Below are positions 28,297 to 36,563 of a stretch of 64,000 nucleotides of DNA, one piece after another. Source of the stretch: Minisyncoccia bacterium (GTDB taxonomy: Bacteria; Patescibacteriota; Minisyncoccia; Phycocordibacterales; UBA918); contig JBKJIT010000003.1 of NCBI GenBank assembly GCA_046598345.1, positions 273,258 through 337,257 of the forward strand, read 5' to 3'. How positions within the stretch are numbered: the stretch's first letter is position 1; each line of letters begins with the position of its first letter. The position numbers and the translations under genes are program-made. Under the pieces are notes generated by a model. The model saw only the letters and a list, made by a program, of their open reading frames with translations. It was not told where the DNA came from and did not search any database.

Positions 28297-29466
28297 TTAA
28301 GGTAAGAATTGTTTGAACCAGTTGAGGATCGTATTCCCCGTCTCCTTCGCAATTTTAATCCCGCTATCTTCTTCAGGTCCCGTGGCACCCCACATACAGA
28401 GACCATAACTCACCGCCCATGTTGCATCACGGACCTTACCGTTTTGCGCAGGATCTAGCGTAGCAATTTTTGAAGGAAGACGAAGTGCTGCTCGTGCAAA
28501 ATCTTGAACGGTAGTTATTCCAGAACCGCCACCGGTAAGGATGACTCCAGCAGGGAGAAGACCGTCGCGGTTAATCTTTTTCAAGTGCGCATCAATGAGC
28601 TCAAAGATGTCGGTAAGTCTTGCTGCAACAATCTCGTCAAGTTTTCGTTTTGAGTACGTTGTTGCAGAGATGCCACCACGTTTAATTTTTTCAGCTTCTT
28701 CAAGGGGAATCTTAAAACCAAGTGCGATGTCGTTCGTAATATCACTTGATCCAATAGGGAAGACCTTGAGCGAAATAGGGACGTTATTTTCAAACACCAC
28801 AATTGAGACAGTTTCAGCACCAATATTAGCGAGTACACACCCAGCTCGTTTCTGTGCCTTTGAAAGCATGACGAGGCTCCCAGCGAGCGGAGAGGCCATA
28901 ACATCCACGACATTGATCCCAATGCTTTCAATGGCACCGATAAGGTCGTTCAAGTGCTGTTCAAATGCAGTAATGAAAAGCACTTCCGTTTCAATTTTTA
29001 AGCCTTTGAGACCATGCGGACGCCCAAGCACCTTTTCGCCGTCTACAGAAAAGCTTAACGGAATTGCATGGATAATCTTTCGATTGGGGAGTTTATCCTC
29101 TATGTATTCTTCGCTGTGCGCTGTTGCTTTATCGATATCAACTTGCGTAATTACCGAATCGGCTCTTGAAGGCGTGGTTTCTCCCTTTGAACGTATTTCA
29201 TCGAGACCAATTCCACCAATTGAAATATACGCATTTTTGATTGAAATCCCGCTCGCTTTTTCTGCTTGGGCGACGGCGTTACGAACACTCCGAACCACAT
29301 CATTTTCGTTAATGATGTATCCATTTCGAAGACCACGACTCTCAGCGTATCCTGTACCAATAATTTGAGGCAGCACTTTCGGATCATCTTTGTAGGAATG
29401 ACGAACTACCACCACCTTTACTTGGTAGGTACCTACATCTATTCCTGTAACATAGTGATCGGCCAT
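28297..29466 (-). CDS. ftsA: Cell division protein FtsA
   Basis: Actin-like ATPase; N-terminal GIDVGT, SHS2 insert, C-terminal amphipathic tail; start at MADHYVTGIDVGT. Confidence 0.8.
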   Translation of the reverse strand: MADHYVTGIDVGTYQVKVVVVRHSYKDDPKVLPQIIGTGYAESRGLRNGYIINENDVVRSVRNAVAQAEKASGISIKNAYISIGGIGLDEIRSKGETTPSRADSVITQVDIDKATAHSEEYIEDKLPNRKIIHAIPLSFSVDGEKVLGRPHGLKGLKIETEVLFITAFEQHLNDLIGAIESIGINVVDVMASPLAGSLVMLSKAQKRAGCVLANIGAETVSIVVFENNVPISLKVFPIGSSDITNDIALGFKIPLEEAEKIKRGGISATTYSKRKLDEIVAARLTDIFELIDAHLKKINRDGLLPAGVILTGGGSGITTVQDFARAALRLPSKIATLDPAQNGKVRDATWAVSYGLCMWGATGPEEDSGIKIAKETGNTILNWFKQFLP

Positions 29467-29507
29467 ATTAAAAATTCCGAAGCGTACAATTTCCACCTCA
29501 GAGTAGA

Positions 29508-29885
29508 TTACTTGAGAGAATATTGAGAAACCAATCTTTTTTCGGCTTTCTCCATTGTATCCCCGTGTGGGTGTCCTTTCAAATGCAGTAATCCGTGGAT
29601 AAAGAGAAAACCGACATATCCCTTTGGGGTCATGCTAAATTTCTTTGCCTCGCGCTTCGCAACCGCGGGTGAAATGTAGATTTCTCCAACACCATCTTGA
29701 AGTGGAAATGAGAGGACGTTTGGTGTGTACGATTTCTGTCGGTATGTTTTGTTGAGTGCCTTGGCTCGTTTTTCGCCCACAAAGATCACGGTGAGAGCAT
29801 ATCCCTTACCAAGTACGGTATTTTTCATATCCTCGTACGGAAGTGAGGGATACGATGCACGGATTGTTTTTGTGATCGTGACCAT
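29508..29885 (-). CDS. ybeY: rRNA maturation endoribonuclease YbeY
   Basis: HGLLHLKGHPHGD metal-binding H3xH5xH motif; about 125 aa from the internal Met. Confidence 0.7.
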   Translation of the reverse strand: MVTITKTIRASYPSLPYEDMKNTVLGKGYALTVIFVGEKRAKALNKTYRQKSYTPNVLSFPLQDGVGEIYISPAVAKREAKKFSMTPKGYVGFLFIHGLLHLKGHPHGDTMEKAEKRLVSQYSLK

Positions 29886-29956
29886 TTGAGTAGTATGCCA
29901 TGCTGTACCCACTCTAGGATACAAAAATCCCCTCACAAGTCGTGAAGGGATTTTTG

Positions 29957-30199
29957 TTATCGTCGTGGCTGGCGTTCTTGGATCTTACCGAGCTTAAGAT
30001 TTGTTTCGTATTCTTTCTTTTTTCCGAGTTTCTTGAGTTTTGCGACGCGGTTCACCATATCTGATTTTTCACGCTTGTGGTACCGATTCTTTCGTATTCT
30101 GTTAACCACACCTGACCCCTGTACGCGCTTTGTAAAACGACGAATAAGGTTCGCGGTGCTCTCTTGGTTATTCTTTGAAACTTCTACGTTTGTAGCCAT
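29957..30199 (-). CDS. rpsU: 30S ribosomal protein bS21
   Basis: Small basic protein, LIRRFTKRVQGSGVVNRIRKNRYHKREKS pattern typical of S21; start at MATNVEV. Confidence 0.65.
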   Translation of the reverse strand: MATNVEVSKNNQESTANLIRRFTKRVQGSGVVNRIRKNRYHKREKSDMVNRVAKLKKLGKKKEYETNLKLGKIQERQPRR

Positions 30200-30265
30200 A
30201 TGTCGGCAGAGCATACCATGCAAGATACGGCTTTGCAACATCTGTATAGCCCCTACACCCTATAC

Positions 30266-31438
30266 TTAAATCCGCTCACTTAGATGCGCTGCAAGGGCGT
30301 GCATCGGGATGTATTCTTGGCTCTGTGCCTCCAGATCTCGAAGAATAACGGTCTTATCGACGTATTCTTTTTGGCCTAAAATTATGGCGTATCGCGCATT
30401 ATGCTTATGTGCTTCCAAAAGCTGCTCTGAAAGGGAGTCACTCATTACATTTTGAAGGACAGGAATCTTTGCATGACGGAGCTCTTGAAGAAGGAGCAGG
30501 CTTTTAATTTTTGGACCAAATCCAAGCTGCACAATAAATACTGGCTGCCCACTCTTTGTTTTTGGCTGCGGAATACTTGCAGGCGCCTTTTTATCACGAA
30601 GAACGATGACCGCTCCAGCTGCTGCAGTCTTCGTCTTGCTCATGCGAGAGATAAACGTGCTATATCTTCCGCCGCGTATGTAGAGCGGACTCCCCGCAAT
30701 AGGGGTATTTTCCTCATTTAGGAAATCAAATGCAAATAGTGCATCGGAGTAACATTCGTGGTGCCCAATGAGTCTAGAGTCCACTTCGTACGGAATTTCA
30801 CTGATATCGAGAAATTCAACAATCTCTCTAAAATGCTTACGGCTCGTGTCGGTCAGGAATTCGAGTGGGCTCGGACTTCTTCGCGCGAGTTCGTGATCTT
30901 TTTCAATGAGGTGCATGAGTGCCACCATAGGGTGCTCTTTCATGAGTTCGCGTGCTGGAATAGGCATGTCGTCAATTCGTTTGCGAAGAAAGTTCGTGAG
31001 CTCACGCATGTAGCGGAGAACCGAGTCAGAGTCTCCAAGAGAGTTAACACGCACCGCGTGTCGCGTAAAACCGAGCTCATTCAGCATCGTACGGATGGTT
31101 TGGATGAGGAGCGCTTCAGCGATGCTTTTACGTACATTAAATACCTGAAGCGTAATTGCTACTTCTCCAGTGCGTGGGACTTGCTCAGTCGTGTAAAAGA
31201 GGAGTGGTCCTGGAAATCCATGCAGTTTATGATCAAAGTACGAACTCATTCCTGCGGTGAGTAGACCATGGAGCGCGTCAGTCTTTCTATCGGCCGCTGA
31301 TTCTTTGTGTACGATTTTCTCCTTGCAATCCCGAGACTCTGGTCGTTTTTTAAGCTGTTCAATAGATGAGAATCCAAAATGATGTGCGGTATGTGTTCCT
31401 GACCGAATGAAATCTTGTGCTGAGAGAGTTGGGAACAT
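30266..31438 (-). CDS. hisS: Histidyl-tRNA synthetase-like class II aaRS (divergent catalytic domain)
   Basis: Motif-3-like YIRGGRYSTF; C-terminal anticodon-binding domain pattern VFIVQLG...AIILGQKEY...VILRDL; start set at MFPTLSAQ to avoid a 175-nt overlap with lepB. Confidence 0.5.
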   Translation of the reverse strand: MFPTLSAQDFIRSGTHTAHHFGFSSIEQLKKRPESRDCKEKIVHKESAADRKTDALHGLLTAGMSSYFDHKLHGFPGPLLFYTTEQVPRTGEVAITLQVFNVRKSIAEALLIQTIRTMLNELGFTRHAVRVNSLGDSDSVLRYMRELTNFLRKRIDDMPIPARELMKEHPMVALMHLIEKDHELARRSPSPLEFLTDTSRKHFREIVEFLDISEIPYEVDSRLIGHHECYSDALFAFDFLNEENTPIAGSPLYIRGGRYSTFISRMSKTKTAAAGAVIVLRDKKAPASIPQPKTKSGQPVFIVQLGFGPKIKSLLLLQELRHAKIPVLQNVMSDSLSEQLLEAHKHNARYAIILGQKEYVDKTVILRDLEAQSQEYIPMHALAAHLSERI

Positions 31439-31445
31439 AAATATG

Positions 31446-32096
31446 TTACTGAGAAGTAGTAAATTCGGTCTCGGTGTTGTACTTGCCCGGGAGAACATTG
31501 AGCTCATTGAACGGGTAGAGTCGAAGAAACGCGCGACCAACGATCTTGTCGCGTTGGAGAACACCCCACATGCGTGAATCCGAACTCGCATCACGATTGT
31601 CACCCATGACAAAATATTCATTCTCGCCGAGGACTTCAGTTAGTGAGGTACTTGGACTCATTCGCAAAATATATGGCTCATCGAGGGTTATTCCTTCAGT
31701 ATGTGCTGCGTTTTTAATGGTCACTGCCCTGCCTTCAATTGAAATAGTGTCACCAGGTAAGCCGATTACGCGCTTAATAAAATACTTTGAAGGGTCCTTC
31801 GGATATCTAAAAATAATCACATCGCCACGCATGGGCTCTTCAAAGTGGTAGGTAAGCTGGTCAACAATCAGATATTCTCCGGTCGAAAAGGTTGATTCCA
31901 TCGATGCACCAGAAACTATGAATGGCTGAGCAACAAACATTCGAATCGGAAGCACAATAATGAGTGCAATAAGTGAGAAGCGAATAATTTCTGCTAAAAA
32001 ACTCTCGTTATGTTCAGGGACGGGCTCCTTTTTTCGCACATATGGAGTCGGTGATGGTGACAGTGGGGATCGTGATGACTGATTGAGAGGCTCCAT
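31446..32096 (-). CDS. lepB: Signal peptidase I
   Basis: Catalytic SGASMESTF (Ser) and downstream Lys box; GDNRDASSDSRMWG box E; N-terminal TM. Confidence 0.8.
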   Translation of the reverse strand: MEPLNQSSRSPLSPSPTPYVRKKEPVPEHNESFLAEIIRFSLIALIIVLPIRMFVAQPFIVSGASMESTFSTGEYLIVDQLTYHFEEPMRGDVIIFRYPKDPSKYFIKRVIGLPGDTISIEGRAVTIKNAAHTEGITLDEPYILRMSPSTSLTEVLGENEYFVMGDNRDASSDSRMWGVLQRDKIVGRAFLRLYPFNELNVLPGKYNTETEFTTSQ

Positions 32097-32195
32097 AGAG
32101 AATTTGATGCCGGTATTATACTCGCGTACTTACTAAGTTACAACATTGTAAGGTTGTGGCATTTAAAATGAAGTAAAATAGGATAGAATACAAAA

Positions 32196-32783
32196 ATGGT
32201 TACGATCGTTGGCTTGGGAAATAAGGGTGAGGAATACGAGAACACACGCCACAACATTGGCTGGCTTGTGCTTCATGAGTTCATGCGAGCACAACACTTT
32301 CCGAGCGCGATATCAAGAAGTGCGTATGCGGGTGTAATTTCAGAAGGAACTGTTGCGGGGAGGGAAGTTCGTGTTCTGTTTCCGCACACGTTTATGAATC
32401 ACTCCGGAAGCGCCGTTAAAAAAGTACTGCAAGACGGTACTGCAATCACTGACCTCATTATTGTCCACGATGAAATCGACTTACCACTCGGCGAGGTGCG
32501 GATTTCAGTCGGGCGAGGTGCAGGAGGGCATAATGGTATCAAATCAATCATTGATACACTCGGTTCAAAAGACTTTGCGCGCGTACGGGTGGGTATCGGA
32601 GAAAAAAATATATTTGGAATACTGAAGCGCCCGCATGGAGAAGCGCTTTCCAATTTTGTTCTAGGTGTTTTCAAAAAAAGGGAAGAAGAGAAACTGCAGG
32701 AGGTGAACGAAAAGGTACATCGAGCAATTCTAGAAATAATTCAGAACGGAGTTGAAAAGGCGATGAACATCTGCAACAGCTAA
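32196..32783 (+). CDS. pth: Peptidyl-tRNA hydrolase
   Basis: N-terminal IVGLGNKGEEYENTRHNIGW, catalytic His; HDEIDLPLG motif; 195 aa. Confidence 0.85.
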   Translation: MVTIVGLGNKGEEYENTRHNIGWLVLHEFMRAQHFPSAISRSAYAGVISEGTVAGREVRVLFPHTFMNHSGSAVKKVLQDGTAITDLIIVHDEIDLPLGEVRISVGRGAGGHNGIKSIIDTLGSKDFARVRVGIGEKNIFGILKRPHGEALSNFVLGVFKKREEEKLQEVNEKVHRAILEIIQNGVEKAMNICNS

Positions 32784-32787
32784 AATA

Positions 32788-32821
32788 GAAAACGCCGGTC
32801 CACAAGTGGACCGGCGTTTTT
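32788..32821 (+). terminator. Rho-independent terminator after pth
   Basis: aaaacgccggtccac-aa-gtggaccggcgtttt. Confidence 0.6.
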
Positions 32822-32828
32822 CGATCAC

Positions 32829-32993
32829 TCACCCTTCATCCATCTGGGAGAAAATGTGTATCCCTTTTATGGATACTGCTCCAAGAATGATGCTTCCGAT
32901 TGCTAGCCACGGAAGTCCGAAGGGAATACCTGCTCCTGCACCAACTGCGGATACCAGAAAACAGGCGTTAAAGAACCGTTCTCGTTTGTTCAT
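32829..32993 (-). CDS. Unannotated small hydrophobic peptide (54 aa)
   Basis: ATG preceded by GGAGGATG RBS (revcomp of catacatcctcctca); MNKRERFFNACFLVSAVGAGAGIPFGLPWLAIGSIILGAVSIKGIHIFSQMDEG; below the 60-aa ORF-track cutoff. Confidence 0.35.
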   Translation of the reverse strand: MNKRERFFNACFLVSAVGAGAGIPFGLPWLAIGSIILGAVSIKGIHIFSQMDEG

Positions 32994-33088
32994 ACATCCT
33001 CCTCATTGACCGTCGCCATTCTAACAGATTCTGAGTTTAAAAAAGCGCCGGTCCCGAGGGGCCGACGCTTTGTGAGCAGAAGCGCAAT

Positions 33089-33241
33089 CTACTTTGGCAG
33101 CGTTCTTAGAGCCGAAAAGAAACTGAAGACGGTTATAGCAACCAGCAGACCTGCAGTTGTGTTGCTGGTGAGGACAATAGTTAGTCCTGCCGCTGCACTT
33201 CCGCAAAGTAATAGCGAAATTATGTACAAATTCATTTCCAT
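33089..33241 (-). CDS. Small hydrophobic peptide (50 aa), possible paralog of the 32829-32993 peptide
   Basis: AGGAG RBS 5 nt upstream of ATGGAAATG; MEMNLYIISLLLCGSAAAGLTIVLTSNTTAGLLVAITVFSFFSALRTLPK; two hydrophobic segments. Confidence 0.3.
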   Translation of the reverse strand: MEMNLYIISLLLCGSAAAGLTIVLTSNTTAGLLVAITVFSFFSALRTLPK

Positions 33242-33397
33242 CTCCTGACGGTTTAAATGAATCATAATCATATCATGAAATTTTATATTGTCAAATGTCA
33301 ATATAAGTGTTGATTAGAAACGTTTAGTTTAACTCCATTCTAGTCCATACACGAAAAAGACCGCATTTGCGGTCTTTTTCGTGACTGTCCGTAGGAT

Positions 33398-34573
33398 TTA
33401 TGCCTTCTTCTGGAAGGACAATGTCATGCGCTGATCCTTCGGCTCAAAAAGCGTAATCTTGAACGTGTAGGATTGTCCAAGTGAAAGTGCGTTGCGAAGT
33501 GCGTTTTCATTCTCAAACTCTGAGATGTGAACGAGTCCAGCAACACCTTCTTCAATTGACGCGAGGGCACCATGCTTGTTGTACTTGATGATGACTCCTT
33601 GTACTTCCTGATCCTTTCGATATTTCTTTCCAGCTCCAACCCATGGGTTTTCTTTAAGCTGCTTGATAGAGAGGGAAATCTTGTCGTCCTTCACCTCAAT
33701 AACTTTTACCTTTACCTTGTCACCTACCTTGTAGAGTGCGCGTGGATCTTCAACAAGACCCCAGTCGAGCTCAGAAATATGGACGAGTCCTTCGAGTCCT
33801 TCTTCAAGTTTCACGAAGACACCGAAGTCAACTGCGCCAGTGATTGCGCCAGAAAGCTCATCACCAACAGTGTACTTGCTCACTTTTTCTTCCTTTTCTT
33901 CCTTTTCCTGTGGTCCCTTTTCAGAGAAGATAAGCTTTCCTTCTTTCTGATCAGCAGTAATGATGATCACGCTGAGAGACTTTCCGATGAGATCATTGAG
34001 AGCAGAAAGGATCTTGTCCTTATCGCCGTCCTCAACACGTGGATAGTGTTCTGATGAGAGCTGAGACGCTGGAAGGAATCCTTGGAGTCCTTGCCATTCA
34101 ATAATAAGCCCACCTTTGTTTGCTTCCTTAACGAGCAGCATCATAACGGTCTGCTTCTTCTGAGCATCTTCAGCTGCACTCCAGATGAGCGCTTGCCTAG
34201 CTTCCTTGAGGGAAAGCTCGATATAGCCATCCTCGTTTCCTGCATCAACTACCTTTGCTGCAATGGTGTCACCTACAGACACTTTGCGAAGAATATCGCG
34301 GGCATTCATGAACTCACGTCCATAAATAAGACCCGTTCCGAATGGAGTGATCTCAACGTACACACGTGCACGTCCGATCGCTGATACGATACCTTCAACT
34401 AAGTCACCTTCTGCTGGAGGTGTAGGCGAATCTGCGAGCATTTTATGCATCGCGCTTGAGGTGTTTACTTCGCTCGCTACGTCGTCTGCTTCGTCGTTTT
34501 CTTCGTCATGGCTTCGTGATCCAGTGACCACAGAAGCAATTCGATCTAGGATCGATGTTTTTTCGTCTGACAT
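33398..34573 (-). CDS. rpsA: 30S ribosomal protein S1-like (multiple S1 RNA-binding domains, acidic N-terminal extension)
   Basis: Four S1-domain repeats (GDLVEGIV..., GDTIAAKVV..., GDELSGAITG..., VQGVIIKYNKHGA...); 391 aa. Confidence 0.65.
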   Translation of the reverse strand: MSDEKTSILDRIASVVTGSRSHDEENDEADDVASEVNTSSAMHKMLADSPTPPAEGDLVEGIVSAIGRARVYVEITPFGTGLIYGREFMNARDILRKVSVGDTIAAKVVDAGNEDGYIELSLKEARQALIWSAAEDAQKKQTVMMLLVKEANKGGLIIEWQGLQGFLPASQLSSEHYPRVEDGDKDKILSALNDLIGKSLSVIIITADQKEGKLIFSEKGPQEKEEKEEKVSKYTVGDELSGAITGAVDFGVFVKLEEGLEGLVHISELDWGLVEDPRALYKVGDKVKVKVIEVKDDKISLSIKQLKENPWVGAGKKYRKDQEVQGVIIKYNKHGALASIEEGVAGLVHISEFENENALRNALSLGQSYTFKITLFEPKDQRMTLSFQKKA

Positions 34574-34720
34574 TACTTATATTTAATCGGCGATGGGCGT
34601 CCACGTAAACCGTATCTCGCAGCCATGTGCTTGAACGTGGGTTTTACCCTCATGCCGTTAGAACTAATAAACCAAAAAATGGCAGAGGAACTATACTATA
34701 GAAATGGGAAAAATCTATGA

Positions 34721-34749
34721 TTGACTAACTATTTAATATATTGTATAAT
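34721..34749 (+). promoter_or_regulatory. Sigma70-like promoter (TTGACT, 17 nt, TATAAT)
   Basis: TTGACT 34721-34726, TATAAT 34744-34749, about 40 nt upstream of a GGAGG RBS. Confidence 0.45.
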
Positions 34750-34788
34750 AAACCGAGTAGTTCAAAACTGTTTTCTGAGGAGGAAACA

Positions 34789-34893
34789 ATGTCGGTCGTC
34801 TGGATCTATGCATTGGTATGTGCAATCGGGCTGATGGCTGTATTTGGGTTGGTCATCAGGTTGATAAACCAACAGGAAGAGAGGAAGAAATAA
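34789..34893 (+). CDS. Unannotated 34-aa membrane peptide, translationally coupled to the downstream gene
   Basis: Strong RBS GAGGAGG 7 nt upstream; MSVVWIYALVCAIGLMAVFGLVIRLINQQEERKK; stop TAA overlaps the next ATG (ATAATGA). Confidence 0.4.
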   Translation: MSVVWIYALVCAIGLMAVFGLVIRLINQQEERKK

Positions 34894-35288
34894 TGAAGCA
34901 GAAGCACCGACTGTATTTTGTACTCACCGCGTTCAATCGGGATGTGAGCCAGGAGGAATTCCGGCAAGCAGCGATTGATGTCATGAGTTTTGTCGCTAAC
35001 ACCGACAGGGGAGCCATGTTTGCACTAGGGGGCATCACAGGCAGATACCTGCTCATTTGCGCTCTGATTGACGTGGCCAAAGTGGAGTTTGTGCAGAGCA
35101 AAACGATGCGTTTCGGCCGCGCAGTTCACGATGTGTGTGACTGTGAAGTGAGCGTTGTTCCGCCTACAGCGAAAAATCCACAACATCAGCCGGTCATTGC
35201 ACGGATCTTGGGAGCAAACCAGGAGTTGTTCAAAATCTGGTACCTCATTGATTTACAGCAAATGATAGGGGAATGGTACTCGTTTTGA
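34893..35288 (+). CDS. Hypothetical protein (131 aa)
   Basis: Start at MKQKHRLYF with GAGGAAG RBS; the upstream extension in the ORF track lacks an RBS. Confidence 0.45.
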   Translation: MKQKHRLYFVLTAFNRDVSQEEFRQAAIDVMSFVANTDRGAMFALGGITGRYLLICALIDVAKVEFVQSKTMRFGRAVHDVCDCEVSVVPPTAKNPQHQPVIARILGANQELFKIWYLIDLQQMIGEWYSF

Positions 35289-35340
35289 AGTGACATTCCA
35301 CATTTCAAAGGCATCTACGGGTGCCTTTTGTTTTGCATAA

Positions 35341-35991
35341 ATGAAGCAGTATCGGTACTATAGGAACACTATGGTAATCACACATCACGGCGGGCAGTGT
35401 TTTAAAGTTTCTTTTGGAGACACAACGATCGTTTTTGATCCTATTTCCAAAAAGTCGGAACTCACCCCTGTAAAATTTGGTGCAGACGCAGCGTTCATTT
35501 CACTCCATCATCCTGATATGAATGGCGCAGAGGAAGTTACCTTCGGTTCAAAACAACCGTTTGTCGTCGATGGTCCTGGTGAATATGAGATCGGTGCTGT
35601 AACCGCGCGAGGCTTTGGCGTTAAGACCACATACGAAAACATCGAACGATTCAATACGATCTACCAAGTGAAGCTTGAAGAAATCAATATGGTTTTCTTG
35701 GGGGCTATCGGAGCGGAAATCATTGACCCTCAGATTCTCGCAGAATTTGGTGATATTGATATTCTATTTGTGCCAATTGGAGGAGGGGATGTTCTCGATG
35801 TACCCGCAGCCTCAAAGCTGGCAACGAAACTTGAGGCCCACTGTATTATTCCGATGCACTACTCGAGCACGTCTCTTAAAGCATTTCTCCAAGAAACAGG
35901 AACTGAAAATGGTAAGGCGCTCGATAAATTCACCATAAAGAAAAAGGATCTTATTACGATGGAATCAGAGGTCGTGGTACTCAGTGCATAG
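35341..35991 (+). CDS. Metal-dependent hydrolase, MBL-fold (UPF0173-like)
   Basis: ITHHGGQCFKV...DP...HPDMNG...IPMHY pattern consistent with a beta-lactamase-fold hydrolase; possible internal start at MVITHHG. Confidence 0.5.
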   Translation: MKQYRYYRNTMVITHHGGQCFKVSFGDTTIVFDPISKKSELTPVKFGADAAFISLHHPDMNGAEEVTFGSKQPFVVDGPGEYEIGAVTARGFGVKTTYENIERFNTIYQVKLEEINMVFLGAIGAEIIDPQILAEFGDIDILFVPIGGGDVLDVPAASKLATKLEAHCIIPMHYSSTSLKAFLQETGTENGKALDKFTIKKKDLITMESEVVVLSA

Positions 35992-36056
35992 CGTCGTTTG
36001 AATCAATGTGTAGAGGCTATATTTGATCCTCTTTCTCATGCGCTATACTAGAGTGT

Positions 36057-36500
36057 ATGGAATTCCTCGAACGCATACGTCGAAAACCCGATCAGGTTAA
36101 AGCCAGGTATGCTTTTGGCGGAGCACTGGGTGCAACACTCCTTGTGGGACTCGTGTGGTCACTTTCACTCCCCGCACGTTTTGCTGAAATAGGGGATGCT
36201 GAAATTCCGTTTGCCGCTTCTGCGGAATCAATCACCGATATTATCGAGGACACCAAAACACAGATGGGGAATGCAATAGAAAGTACTGACCCATATGGTG
36301 AACTCAATACTTCTAGTGTTAATTCCACTGATCGAGCAACGCTTGAGGTACGCCCCCTTACACAAGATCAGTCTCTTGGGGCAGTCACTACACCCACTCC
36401 TCAAGCGCCCATAAAAGAGGAAGAAACGGATGGAGAAACCCGCTCTGGACCTTCAAATTTTATTTTTAAATCAACAACCACTTCGACAGGAACACCATAG
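36057..36500 (+). CDS. Hypothetical membrane-anchored secreted protein
   Basis: Signal-anchor helix; Thr/Ser-rich C-terminal half. Confidence 0.4.
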   Translation: MEFLERIRRKPDQVKARYAFGGALGATLLVGLVWSLSLPARFAEIGDAEIPFAASAESITDIIEDTKTQMGNAIESTDPYGELNTSSVNSTDRATLEVRPLTQDQSLGAVTTPTPQAPIKEEETDGETRSGPSNFIFKSTTTSTGTP

Positions 36501-36563
36501 ACTTCACTATGTAGATACTTTATAATGCGCCTGATTTACGTAATACTAACCACGATCTAGCCT

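Noticed and set aside
28541-29368. 275-aa plus-strand ORF antisense to ftsA
   Set aside because: Ser/Thr/Ile-rich low-complexity translation of the ftsA antisense strand; ftsA has clear motifs.
30266-31621. Long 451-aa version of the hisS-like ORF
   Set aside because: The N-terminal 61 codons would overlap lepB by about 175 nt and are Ser/Arg-rich without motifs. The internal Met at 31438 gives an 8-nt gap to lepB instead.
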